From: Phoronis australis
Taxonomy: Eukaryota; Animalia; Phoronida
Length of the DNA: 64,000 bases
Reading direction: 5' to 3'
Assembly (NCBI GenBank): GCA_002633005.1
Contig: NMRA01000122.1
Span: forward strand, 62,255-126,254
The position numbers and the translations under genes are program-made. Position 1 is the first letter of the stretch. Each line of letters starts with the position of its first letter. Below, piece by piece: positions 13,140 to 30,706 of the stretch. The notes beneath the pieces are model-generated. The model saw nothing but the letters and a program-made list of their open reading frames with translations. It had not been told where the DNA came from and ran no database searches.

Positions 13140-14285
13140 CATAGGCGGATGTAAGGGGGCCAGGCCCCCCCCCCTTGGCTGCCGCAAAAACATAAAACAG
13201 CAAGAGCGTAGGGAAATGTTGAGTTTATTAATTAACCCCGGAAATTAAAATTATACGGATGAAACAAGATTTAAATGTGTGCATTTTTTAGGGGGGGGGG
13301 GGTCTCAGATCCAATTTCAAGTGTCAAATTTGGAACACGGCGCAATGGTAACGGAACTATGGCTAAGTATAGGCTCTCCCGCAATATCCAAGGCGACCGG
13401 CAGTAGCGCTGCGCACTACGACTCCGTTTCCGTCGTCTGCTCCATTGCGCAATGAAATAAATTACTTCATTTTTAAAGAAAATGGAACCTGAGTGACGAT
13501 GAAAACACAGAAGTTGCTGATAAGATGTGAATTTTAATCGAAGCCTTAGTGAATCACTCAGAAACTCATTCTCTCTTTGTCAAACCTTAACTAAAGACGA
13601 TTTCCAAAGATATCCCGTCATTATTGCCAACACGAAAAACGGATTTGGTCTATTAGGCAATTGAAGACTATTTTAAATACAACAAATTTGTTACGAACCG
13701 ATTGCACAAAATATAAAACGTGTAATAAGCATTACAAAAAGAAGTAGGTTTCGCGCGCAAACGCTGTGGACCATAAACAAGTAGCTCTCTTAGTTTCATA
13801 TTAGGAATTAAATCGTGGTGGAGCAGTGGTAAAGCACGTGCGCTCTATCCGCCAGGTCGTGAGTTCGAGTCTGTGGCGCTTGCAGTTTTTCCTGTTTGAC
13901 ACTTTCTCCGTTTTTTTTTGTTTTTTTGTTTTTTTTTAAATTTTTTTTGTTGCCTTTTTCTCAACACTTCGGGAATAAAGGCAGTCAATATGAGTAGGAG
14001 TGAAATCGTGGTGGCCGGAGTAGTGGTTAAGCACGCGCGCTGTATATCCGCCGGGTCGTGAGTTCGAGTCTGTGGTATATCCAATTTTTCTTGTTTGACA
14101 CGTTCTCCGTGTTTTGCCTTTTTTTCTTGGGTAATACTTCAGGAATCAAGGAAAATGCTTGATTTTTAGAGGAAACAGAAACCTCCCTCTATTCGGTGCT
14201 ATGCGCATCTACAATCGTGGTTTGCGCAAATGCTTACAGACAAAATGTTGCCCTCCCCCCTTGTGATATCATAGATCCGCCACTG
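13140..14285 (+). mobile_element. Non-autonomous DNA transposon (MITE), CA...TG termini, 5-bp TSD AGATC
   Basis: Ends cataggcggatgtaaggggg and cccccttgtgatatcatagatccgccactg. AGATC at 13135-13139 and 14286-14290. Highly similar inverted copy at 17606-18524. Confidence 0.85.
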
Positions 14286-14591
14286 AGATCCGTCAAAAAT
14301 GACTGTGAGTATCAAAACTGTATATGAGGTTTGCGAAGTGGATCACGCCGGATTAGGCCTAGCAAACTGCCACTACCTAGTCATGAGCCGCCCCTGTGAC
14401 ATGATATTTGCCCGGCCTGCATGATGTCCTTTTTAGACTGTACTAGGCCTCCTTATACCTGTTTGTAACTTGAAATAGTCTTCCTTTAATGTTTATTGTA
14501 TCGATAACCAGAAGGCCTACTTGTGCTAATATTTTGTTGTTGTCTCTACTCGAATAGGCCTACACTGATGTGTTTCTTGGCTGTCTCGCCA

Positions 14592-15163
14592 TCAGGGCCC
14601 GGTCTCTAATCTTTGTACTCGAAACGCCGAACTCCATATTTTGGCCGGCAATTTCTCTGCTTCTTTTGTGCGAACTTAAGATAATTGGTTATAAGACTGT
14701 GCTCGAATACATTATAGTTTATGCATAGGAGTTTCTAGTNTCAAATTTGGAACACGGCGCAATGGTAACGGAACTATGACTAAGTATAGGCTCTCCCGCA
14801 ATATCCCAGGCGACCGGCAGTAGCGCTGCGCACTACGACTCCGTTTCCGTCGTCTGCTCCATTGCGCAATGAAATAAATTACTTCATTTTTAAAGAAAAT
14901 GGAACCTGAGTGACGATGAAAACACAGAAGCTGCTGATAAGATGTGAATTTTAATCGAAATTTCGAGTTCAAACTCTAACTTATTGCTTTAATATTGGGT
15001 TTACAAACTATGAACTAAGGGCAATAAACTATCTACGTAAGTTATTGTGTACTCGAGCATAGAATAATAGACACTTATTTTCAGTTCGCCCAAAAGTAGA
15101 GTAGAAAATGCCAAACCTAATTTCGAGTTCCATTTTAAGTAAAAAGATTGGAGACCGGGCCCT
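14592..15163. mobile_element. PIF/Harbinger-like MITE containing a fragment (14740-14960) of the 13140 family
   Basis: TIR cagggcccggtctctaat / attggagaccgggccctg. Internal sequence resembles ~960-1200. The 14741-14960 segment is near-identical to 13324-13541 and starts at an ambiguous base (n). Confidence 0.65.
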
Positions 15164-15479
15164 GGTGACTGCCGTTAGTATTTACGCAAACACCTATGAG
15201 TGCGACATCTTTTGTAGCAGATAGAAACTATTTGGGACTGTTTTCATCCATTGCCTGGAAACAAAACATTGGGGTACAGCTAAAAGTTGACCCTTGCGTC
15301 GTTTCGAACAGAAGAAATTTGAAAAAAACTAACTGATGAGTATATTAAATTGAAAACGTGAGCACATAATTAACTTTGAAAATAAATTTTGTACATAGAA
15401 TTATAACTACATTTATTTGTGATCCACATATCTTATTAGAATTTTACAAGTCTAATGTTTATCAAGCACCAGGCGCCTG

Positions 15480-15594
15480 TGACGTCACTTAGTAGTCAGC
15501 CATATTCGAAATTCTCAATTCATTCTGTTCGGAGTCTGTGCTGTCAGTTGTGCATGTTTGCTGTGGTATTTGTTGAACTAGAAGATATCAAAAG
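15480..15594 (+). promoter_or_regulatory. Possible CAPSL promoter / non-coding first exon
   Basis: Palindromic CRE TGACGTCA at 15480-15487, followed by a candidate donor AAAG/gtttgt at 15595. The CAPSL ATG exon begins with an acceptor and needs an upstream UTR exon. Speculative. Confidence 0.3.
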
Positions 15595-17605
15595 GTTTGT
15601 GCCGCCTCCGAGTTTCTGTCAGAATATAACTTCTATTCTTGTAATGCAGCCGGTGAATTTTTGTTTTTTGTTTGCGACTTCGTGTTTGTTTTTCTCACTA
15701 ATCCAGAAATGCAGAATCACTTGTGAGCTTGTGTTGTACCGTGGCTTGTGTCTCCCACTTGGCATTGCCACTGGTTGGTTATAAGTGATCCTTGATTTAG
15801 ACAACCTGTTTTATCCATTGTCTAGTTCTCAAAATCAGGGGCGTCTACATGAGGCTAATAGTCTTGACTTGGACAATCCGCTTGACGTGATTTTCTCATG
15901 TCAAAATACGACTTGACGAAATTCACGTGCCTCCCAATGAGAAATGAGTGGTGCATTTCGTAGTGTTTCTTTTGTTGCGGACGTGACATTTTGACTTTTT
16001 AAACCCCCACAAAACATAGGCTGATGCGCCTCTTCATCTTAAAGTTATGAGAATTCTGAAGAAGACAGGGATTGCTGTTTCACATAAGTCGAAAAGATGA
16101 GTCAGTTAACAAGTTTAATCATTGGGAGTATTGTAGTTGGTTCTATTGCTGTGTGTGAATTTGGAATTGAGTTTAATCTTAAGATTGCTTATATGTAAGC
16201 TTCATTAAAGAATTTGTGTTAAAGTTTTTGTACAGTGTAAAGAATTTTTCTTACTATTGACCGAACGATCACCCATATTCTCCGCTACCGCAACTTATGT
16301 GACCACAGAATTGCAGAACTATATAGCCGTATTTACACAGGAGACAGCTGTCATGGAGCAGCTAATTGGCGCAAGTGTGTGTGTGTGTGTAAACATGGCT
16401 GACACTGCGGTGGCCATATTTGACCCTGGTGTAAGAGGTAGAATAAATTGTACTCTCTCAGTTGCTCCAGTTTCAACTACAGTACATATATCTAAACACG
16501 AACTGGGGCAAGGTAGAAGGAATCATATCTCTGTTACGCTTGCGCAGTTGCATATATACAGGTGATTCGCTAGCATACCACGTGGTGCAGACATGAGCAT
16601 GTGCAGAGAGCCTTTGTATGACTTAAGCTGATCCAGTTTGCGACCTAATGTGTAAAGGTGACTAAAGTGCAGCAAATCATGACGCAATAACTCGTGACAA
16701 CTCTTTCCCATGTAAAAATAGCTTTTGAATAATAACCAATTATTGTCAGTAGTTGGAAAAAACAATAAAGGTTTCTGGGCTAAAATTTACATTCAGCATG
16801 TGATTTGCTTTACGTGCAATTCGCTATTTACTTTGCCATGCATCTTAAAATCATTCATTGACAACCATGGTTTCTTACAGCCAAGGCCACAACTTCGTTG
16901 TCAAGTGGCCTATAATTTGCATAACAAAACTGAAAGAGCATGTATTGATATCTAATCTAAGATTTTTCATCATTGGGGACAGTATGCGTACATATTGTTT
17001 AGTAGAATTTACCAATCAGAAAGTAAATTGTTTGAATATTCCTATGACATGGCCTGTATGCCATTGTGTTGCTCATCTCTGAGAGACATGTGGTCAAGGG
17101 ACACAAATTTATACGTAATGAAACATGTATGATTGGGTTAGATTTTTAAACAGTGTAATTTATTGTTGGTTTTTCCGAGTTTAGAGCGCAAGTTTTTCTG
17201 AAAAACACAATCATGATCAGTGTTCTTCATACTTCAAAATTCATACAGGTCATGTTAATAAGCACTTCGAAAATTTAGACAGTGTGCAGCATGTGCACAT
17301 CATAGCAAACAAATGATACTTTTTGTTCAAAATGAAAAAATCAGTTGTGTCACGTGCCAATCAACAGGTTGCAGTGACCTGTTAAAACAGGTAATGGAGA
17401 ATACTGATTATGACATGTTGTCGCATCACATCCTAATATATGCCATGTACACTCGAAGATTTTCTGCAAATTGGGCTATACACCCTTGTCATTGTCATGT
17501 CATTATGCAGGCACATATTTGGTGGCTGTAAATGCCTTTAAATCCTTTCAACTCAAACAAATATTCCGGTAATCAAGATTACTATGTGATATGTCTCTTC
17601 AGTCG

Positions 17606-18524
17606 CAGTGGCGGATCTAGGATATCACAAGGGGGGCCCAACATTTTGTCCGGCTGTAAGCATTTGCGCAAACCACGATTGTAATGTGCACAGCACCGAA
17701 TGTTTTTTCCTCTAAAAATCAAGCATTTTCCTTGATTTCTGGTGTATTATCCAAGAAAAAAAGGAAAAAAAAATGTGTCACACAGGAAAAATTGCAAGTT
17801 TCACAGACTTGAACTCACGACCTAGCTGTCAAGACACGCGTGCTTTACCACTACACCACCACGATTTTGCTAATAAACAGCAACTAAGAGACCTACTTGT
17901 TTATGGTCCACAGCGTTTGCGTGCGAAACCTACTTCCTTTTGTAATGCTTATTACACGTTTTATATTTTGTGCAATCGGTTCTTAGCAAATTTGTTGTAT
18001 TTAAAATAGTCTTAAAATGCCCAAAAGACCAAATCTGTTTTTCGTGTTGGCAATAATGTCGGGATTGCTTTGGAAATCGTCTTAAGTTAAGGTTTGACAA
18101 AGAGAGTATTGCGAGTTTCTGAGTGATTCACTAAGGCTTCGATTAAAATTCACATCTTACCAGCAGCTTCTGTTTTTTCATCATCTCTCAGGTTCCATTT
18201 TCTTTAAAAAAGGAAGTAAATTTTCTCCATTGCACAGTGGAGCAGACGACGGAAACGGAGTCGTAGTGCGCAGTGCCACTGCCGGTCGCCTGGGATATCG
18301 CGGGAGAGCCTACACTTAGCCATAGTTCCGTTACGAATGCGCCGTGTTCCGAATTTGACACTTGAAATTGGATCTGAGCCCCCCCCCAAACACTAAAACT
18401 GCACACATTTAAATCTTTTTTCATCCGTATAATTTTAATTACCGGGGCAAATTGATAAACTCAACATTTCCCTACGCTCTTGCTGTTTTATTTTTTTTTG
18501 CGGCAGCCCCTAAATCCGCCTATG
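17606..18524 (-). mobile_element. Second, inverted copy of the 5-bp-TSD MITE (TSD AGTCG)
   Basis: cagtggcggatctagg...cccctaaatccgcctatg, with AGTCG at 17601-17605 and 18525-18529. Reverse-complement match to 13140-14285. Confidence 0.85.
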
Positions 18525-18869
18525 AGTCGTCAACAAAGTTTTTAGTTTACTTACATTACGTTCAAGTACTCTGGATCAAATGGAAGGGAAGGTGTTATGG
18601 GAAGGAAACTCGTTTGCCAGCCATGAGGAAAGTTGGCAGCAAATTGCATAGACAGGGTACCTGTGTGGATTACATTGTATGGTGTTCATCTTTATGCGAA
18701 CAATTTGAGAGTGTTTTATGTAATTCATTTCAAACTTTGATTTTGTAGAGTACTCTTGAGTTCTGAATAGTTGTAGAGACAGCAATAATAGTATAGACCG
18801 GTAGTGGGAAAGAATTGCTTCATTAACAGTTTGACAACATTCTTATGTGTTTATTACAGGTGAACACAA

Positions 18870-24256
<5,387 letters not shown>

Positions 24257-24580
24257 CGGTAGGTGATAGCATTTTTATGTTCAAGTGTAGTAATGTCACA
24301 GTGATAAGACTTGATTGAGCAATGATGGAAACATAAACAATGCCGTCTTTTGTATTTCTTATCATTAATTGTTTAGAACTGTGTAGCGAGATTTGCAGCC
24401 GCATGATGAACCCTTTACTGTTCCAATTTATATACAGTGTAGTGTTGTTAATAAAATTGAATGTGATATTTTGTTTTGATTTTCCTGGTTTTTGATCGTA
24501 TTTGTTCAAGTGGCCTTTTCACAAATTCGTTATTCAACTCTGTGTATTCTATCATACCTTGTATTTTGTGTTGTTTGTAG

Positions 24581-24688
<108 letters not shown>

Positions 24689-27150
24689 ACATACAGAAAT
24701 TTGTAATTTCATGCCTGTGTAGGTAATAGCCGGATATAATGCACCTGCAATTTGAGAAGTTGTTTTCTCCTCTAAATAATGGTCATCCAACTGTTTCTCA
24801 AAATGTGGGCACTTTATATCCGGCTATTGCCCATGTATATATGTGTAACTTGCATATGCGTGCAGCATATTTCAAAACCTTTTTGTGTAATTCCATCCAA
24901 ATACCAGCTGGTGGCATGTGAAACTCGTTTTGCTAAAGCGTGATTTTATTCAGTGTTGTAACTTGTATGATTGTGCTGGTTATTTAGGAGTCTACTGTTT
25001 TACTGAACCAAGCAAGAAGGTGAATAAACTATCCGTTGAGTAGACTCACAGATACCTGGCTCAGTCATGTGTGTCATATCTTGACTTGCAGCTGTCGGGA
25101 GTTAAGAATGTTATATGGCCATAGGATTGAATCCCTTACTAAATCATCGAGGAATCTGACCTCAAGTCGTCTAGGTATAAGATAGGCAATATTTTTTGCT
25201 TTCTGTGCTAATTAATACGGTTTGATGAAATCTTTTTAGCATGGGATATCTGTTTTCAATGTTAATTTTTGGTTAATACACACTTTAAGCTCATCATATT
25301 TTTTATCTTACAGTTGGTCTTGTGATTGAATGTCAAGTTAGTATTCACAATTATTTTATGTTTCTATCTTTCTGGAACTGGTCTTAGAATTTACCCATTA
25401 TTGGAACTTGGCTCCTCTTCTGGAAGGTTTGTTTTTACAAATTTAATCTCCGTGGTATTCTGTAGCTTAGGTTTCCAAAGACCAACACAGTTCTGGAGAG
25501 ACAGCTTTACAATGAGTCATGAAAGGAGGTGACTAGTTTTCACCAGCCTAGTCAGCAATGACTGTTAATATTTGACCACTTACAACGTTTGCAGCTGAGG
25601 CAACTTTAAGTGAATTGTTGCAGCTGTTCATTTTATTTTTGTAAAATAAAGAGCTGTGTCTGTTTTGTTTCATCAATCATGTTGGGGCAGTTGACTGCAG
25701 TGTGATGGCTTGACAATGGTTTCACTGTCATTTTAATTGGTTTGCATTTCAATGTTATACATGGCCTTTGATTCGGAGCAGGAAAATTTAGACATCAATT
25801 TATAGTTATTTTCTATTTATGTATTTACAAAGCTAGACATTCCAGTTTTTGTTTTGTAATCATGGTACTTACTTGTGGTTCATGTACTTTGTACTTTTTA
25901 TCAAATAGGTACTTAAAGCAGCTGTAAGCCCTGAACTCCTATCCAGATCGGAGCTGTTACTTTAGACGACCTATGGCTAAGATTGGTTTTCACTTATTCC
26001 TTACTCAGATCAGAAGTGATTCCTGAGTTGGCAAAGAGTTGACAATTTGTTGCTCTTTGACATCATGCTCTTCTCATAAATTGACATTTCGTGACCAGTC
26101 ACCTTGCAGAGCCTGACCTCAGGTTCTTGTAACGAATTTTCATTTCTTTCCAAGCCCTGAAAGCACCTCCAGACTAAAGAACAATTTGAGACAATTGCAA
26201 TTTGTTTTATGTTGTGATGGAAGACAGGTTTATAGCTGCATAAAGTACTATGTTATTGCAAGCGATGTTGCAGTGTTGGCAAATTTCCAATTTTTAGCTT
26301 GAGCATTCCTGTCTCTTTTATATTTGTCATCTTATAGAATTGTTTTGGGATGAGAATGTATATATCTATGTTTATTGACATTTTAAACATTTTTTGTTTG
26401 TGGTATGCTGAGCTTACTACTAACATTTCGTCATTATCGTGAGAACAACGCCATTTTGGTCACAAATTAACCTTTGAGATAGGTCACATCAAAAATTGTG
26501 GACTTTGTATAATTTTATGAACAAGCCCTATGAAGCATTACAGCATTTGTAGTGACATGCAGCTGTTTCTGGCTCTGACGCCCATATTGCCTTGAACTAG
26601 AAATGAATGCTCATACATGTGAGTTTGATGTCAGAAAATATTCAGACATACTATTAAATAAATTTTGGACAGCATTATAATCATCATTGAACTCCAGTCA
26701 CAGTACAAGTATCAAATTTACAGGAGGTGCCTGAAATTTGTTTGGTGATGTACAAAATCGTACGAAGTCAACAGTGTGCCGTCGGGTAGCTGTTGACTGT
26801 AACACTGTGTTCTTCAATAGCCGATCAGTCGAAATACATTCCCCTAAACACCATCCATCTGATCTGTGTTCTTCAACTTCATCTTGGTTGCTGGAATCTT
26901 TCCATAACGACATCTCATCCACATATCAAGTATACTCCAAACTGTTCCCACTTGCACTATCCATAATACATCCCCATTATCTTATGCAGGACATCCAAGA
27001 AGGCCGGGTTCAAATCCGGTAGAGGGGGTATAAAGGGGTTGCTGTAATTGTAATGTCGCACTCCTATATTTGTCCCTTGTGAACTCTTGTATAAAATCCT
27101 GTCTGCAGCTAGCTAGGCCATTTTTCAGGCTTGTTCAAAGCAGAATAGAA

Positions 27151-27398
27151 TATAAATAAAAAAATAACTGCAGGCGGTCTGATACACGTTGTACCAGACA
27201 TGCGCAGGCCTCGCATGTGGGCCCAATGCACTGATCACCTGGAAATATTTTTATGCTTTATTAATATATGGTTAAAACCGAGCTGAGGAGCTAGAAACCT
27301 GGCTCAAGGGTTTAGCATTGTGACCTGGTGGGACTCGAACCCGCGACCTCAAGTAACGAAAGCGGGCACTTATCAACCAGGCCACACTGCCTTCTCTT
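27151..27398 (-). mobile_element. tRNA-derived SINE with 14-bp TSD
   Basis: Minus-strand head aggcagtgtggcctggttg...gggttcgagtccc (A and B boxes) and a T/A-rich tail. Direct repeat aaagcagaatagaa at 27137-27150 and 27399-27412. Confidence 0.85.
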
Positions 27399-27489
27399 AA
27401 AGCAGAATAGAACCAGCTACATGAATTAAATGGCTATGTTAGTGAATGCACAGATGAGGTTAAAAGAAATGTATTCTTTTTGCGAAAGA

Positions 27490-27760
27490 CACGAAATCGA
27501 AATGGCTTTTTATTTATCTCTTGTTTGCGTGCTCGCTGGTTCCCTGCATACCGTTAGGTGGGGCGGTAGCTGGTGGCTGGGCTGAGCACCAGGCGCAGGG
27601 AACCAGCGAGGTTTGCGTGCAGCATGTTCTGTTCACTTGAATCGCTTGTTTTGCGTCGCAGTCTGGGTTACAGTCCTCCGCCTGACAAAGTCGAGGCTGT
27701 CGGACTTGGTTGTTTTCTTTAGAAATTTGTTCATGATAAGTTTTGGTCACCGGCCAGTCT
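27490..27760. repeat. Dispersed repeat with internal hairpin; inverted copy at ~32090-32360
   Basis: Stem ctcgctggttccct...agggaaccagcgag at 27532-27610 and 32230-32309, with related flanks in opposite orientation. Confidence 0.6.
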
Positions 27761-29259
27761 GCTCTTCAGCTTAGAAATATACCATGTATCGCCTCAAAGC
27801 TCTTAGAATATGATTACGAGTACTCGCAAAACCCTATTGATTTCTCATTAAATCTGCACCTGACAAGTCCTCTTTTTCTAAAAACCTGAGGTCTCATCGA
27901 TATAATAGTCTGCAGTGATGTCATTATTAACCTCAAGCAAGACTGTGAGATGTTTGGCAATCTTAAGGATATCTCAAACCTTAGTCACAAAAATCGGTCG
28001 TCTTTACAATATTTCATACGTTAGAAAAATACCTTATCTTCATTTTCGGGGAACTTCAAATACGAAATATATATCGTTTAGCGAGGAAAAAAATATTTTG
28101 CAGAACCACGTCTTCATCCGCGTGGAAATTTGTTTACTACATATCCTACATGTAGGTCAAAGGTTACAGGGATGTCACTGAAATCGAATCCCCCACGCAT
28201 AGATCAGTTATAGTAGTAGTAGTGGTAGTAGTGAGTCAACGAGGAAAGAAAGATGCTGCGAATAACAAAGACAAAACGTAGTTTTGATCATGAGGGAGTT
28301 GTGCATTGGCAGGCATAAGACCGTCGAGAACGAATGCCCCAAGTCTGCAGTGGCGACATCGGCTCTGTGACTTTGTGTTCACGAACACACCAAATTGTGA
28401 AAAGAAATAAATTCATTAATTTGATAGATAATTTGACACATCGCTGTTTCGATCTCGTGCTCACGGCGCGTTTAAACCATTGACTTGATTTTTGTTGTAC
28501 ATGTATCACAATGAACTGTTGACTGCTGGCCTCGCCTTGCTAGCTTGACTCGAACTTCGGAAGCACATTCACAATATTTATACGTTTTAGTTGGGAGTAA
28601 TATTGGTAATAGGTTTTAGTGATAATTAAGTTAATTACGCACTGCAAACCCGGTTGACATTACGAGTAAATGTTGAAATATCGAATATGGTTATGGCATG
28701 TATACACTGTAGGTTATATTTACCAAAAACAAGTTTTCACCAAATAATTAAGTGACAACCATTAGATTATGAATACTCGCGATATTTCCGCTTTTTCTCG
28801 GCTTCGGCAAATGGACTTAATTTGAACTTAAGAACTCGAGTACTCGAAAACAGCTGGGTGAATTTCACTGAAAGCGTCCACTTTTAATATTTGTTTACCA
28901 ATCTCATAGGGATTTAGTTTTAAACGCCTAGTTTTTTCGTACGTAAGATAGACTAATGCGACTGCTATTTTTTCCCAAAATACCTTACGTTTTGCGAGGT
29001 AATATGGCATAGAAACAAAACTAAATGAGTAATCAGAAATTTTTTACAACATGTTTTCGTTTAAAAGGGATTTCATTAAAATTGAACAAGGGATGATTTT
29101 GCTTTGCAGAATGTACCTTTCTTAAAAAATTCGGACTTATACAACATATTTATACAATGTGGCCTTTTTCTTTCAGAAAATAAATACTAGTAGTGACGTA
29201 GCCTGGTTTTTTGATATATGAGTTAAAATGCAGGTCACTAAATAAGGGTTGAGATAACC

Positions 29260-29722
29260 TTAAAGGGAAACGTCACCTTTTTTAAGCACGTTCTTATTTA
29301 GTCAAATTGCATACTTGTGTTCTATAAAAGATATTTGAAACTTTTTAGTCGGTTTTTACAATAACATATTAATGAATCAAATTTCAAAAATGTCAACCGG
29401 TCTGAGTCAGCCGTGTTTTTTCCCTTTTCCGTTCAAATAACTTAGACAAGTGGCCGAGACGCCCCCGATTTCCGGTTCCAATCGCGGAAAGGAACACGAG
29501 CAATGTTGCTTGAAACGGGTAGTAAAACTAATATCTATTCAACCTATAGTCACATAGTACTTGCACTGATTTAGCAACTCACAGCACCACATTTACAGTT
29601 TTAGTAATTGTTATTTTTATCTACTTTTGTTTTTTATAAAGATGGGTTGATAAGGGGTAATAATACGTACGTGTCAAAGTTACAATGAAACGCCTTAAAA
29701 TGGTAATATGTTGCCTTTTAAT
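29260..29722. mobile_element. Small TTAA-flanked non-autonomous element (Kolobok-like)
   Basis: ttaaagggaaacgtcaccttttttaagcacgtt versus aaacgccttaaaatggtaatatgttgccttttaa: imperfect TIRs bounded by TTAA. Confidence 0.45.
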
Positions 29723-30706
29723 TTCTATCCGTCCGTATGTCTGACTGTCGCGTCAAACGCTAAAACCATATGCACCACAGTTGTTCACATGTGTTATTGT
29801 ACTCGCGTGTGTCGAACGAAAGTTAAAGGGTCGTTGAAATACCTGGGAAGCAAAAAATAGGTAGCGCGCGTAATGGTGCGTCATGTGTTGGCAGCCACAA
29901 GGACTTTCGTTGCGCGTGTACTGGTGCGTCATGTGTTGGCAGGAATAAGGACGTTGTCAGTCGATTGAAGGAAAACTTCTGGTGGTATTCGTTTAAGTTT
30001 CATACAAAACACATCTCCTTAAAAAGGTAAGTTTCGACCGTCGTTTGACACAGTGGTTGTGGTATTGATTACGATCGATGTCTACTTCAAAAGTTGTTGC
30101 AAGCTGGATGGCGTGCTATTGAATCCAACAAAGATGCTTCTTTCCCATTTCTTGTCCGTCCTTCCCATTGTGGGCCCTTGCTTCCCATGCACTGATCTGT
30201 ACGTCCTTCCCGTTTTTCGCCCGTCCTTCTCAACTTAACATCCTCCCTTTCCATCGACAACCCGTGCTTTTCACTGCAATGACCGAGTCTGACCAAAAAG
30301 ATTCATCGATTGACGCAAGACCCTTTCAGACGTGTCTTTGCACATATGGATTTTACTCAATTTCACTCGAGTGAATAGAGCAAATACACGAGACCACGGT
30401 TACAACTGAGCTTGGCGTAGCGCATGAGAACTAAACTGGTAGTGAACAAGCCGATTTTTACATAACACTGTACAGGGACCGGTAAAAGTGTTGTAATTTT
30501 ACCAACTTCAGAAGAGAGAATGTGATGAAAATATTCATATTTTACCTTTTCCAAAGGGAATATGTAAAGTGACAAATATTCTTATTTTTGCAGACCAACG
30601 CAAGAAGAAATTGAATGGTATAAAATCATTCCTCGTGACATGTCGTGTTTCCGGACTACTTCGTTTTGCTTGATCATATATATTGGCGAGTGACGTTTAA
30701 TGCTTC

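Noticed and set aside
27320-27395. Functional tRNA gene
   Set aside because: It is the head of a SINE with body, tail and 14-bp TSD, and has no convincing acceptor stem.
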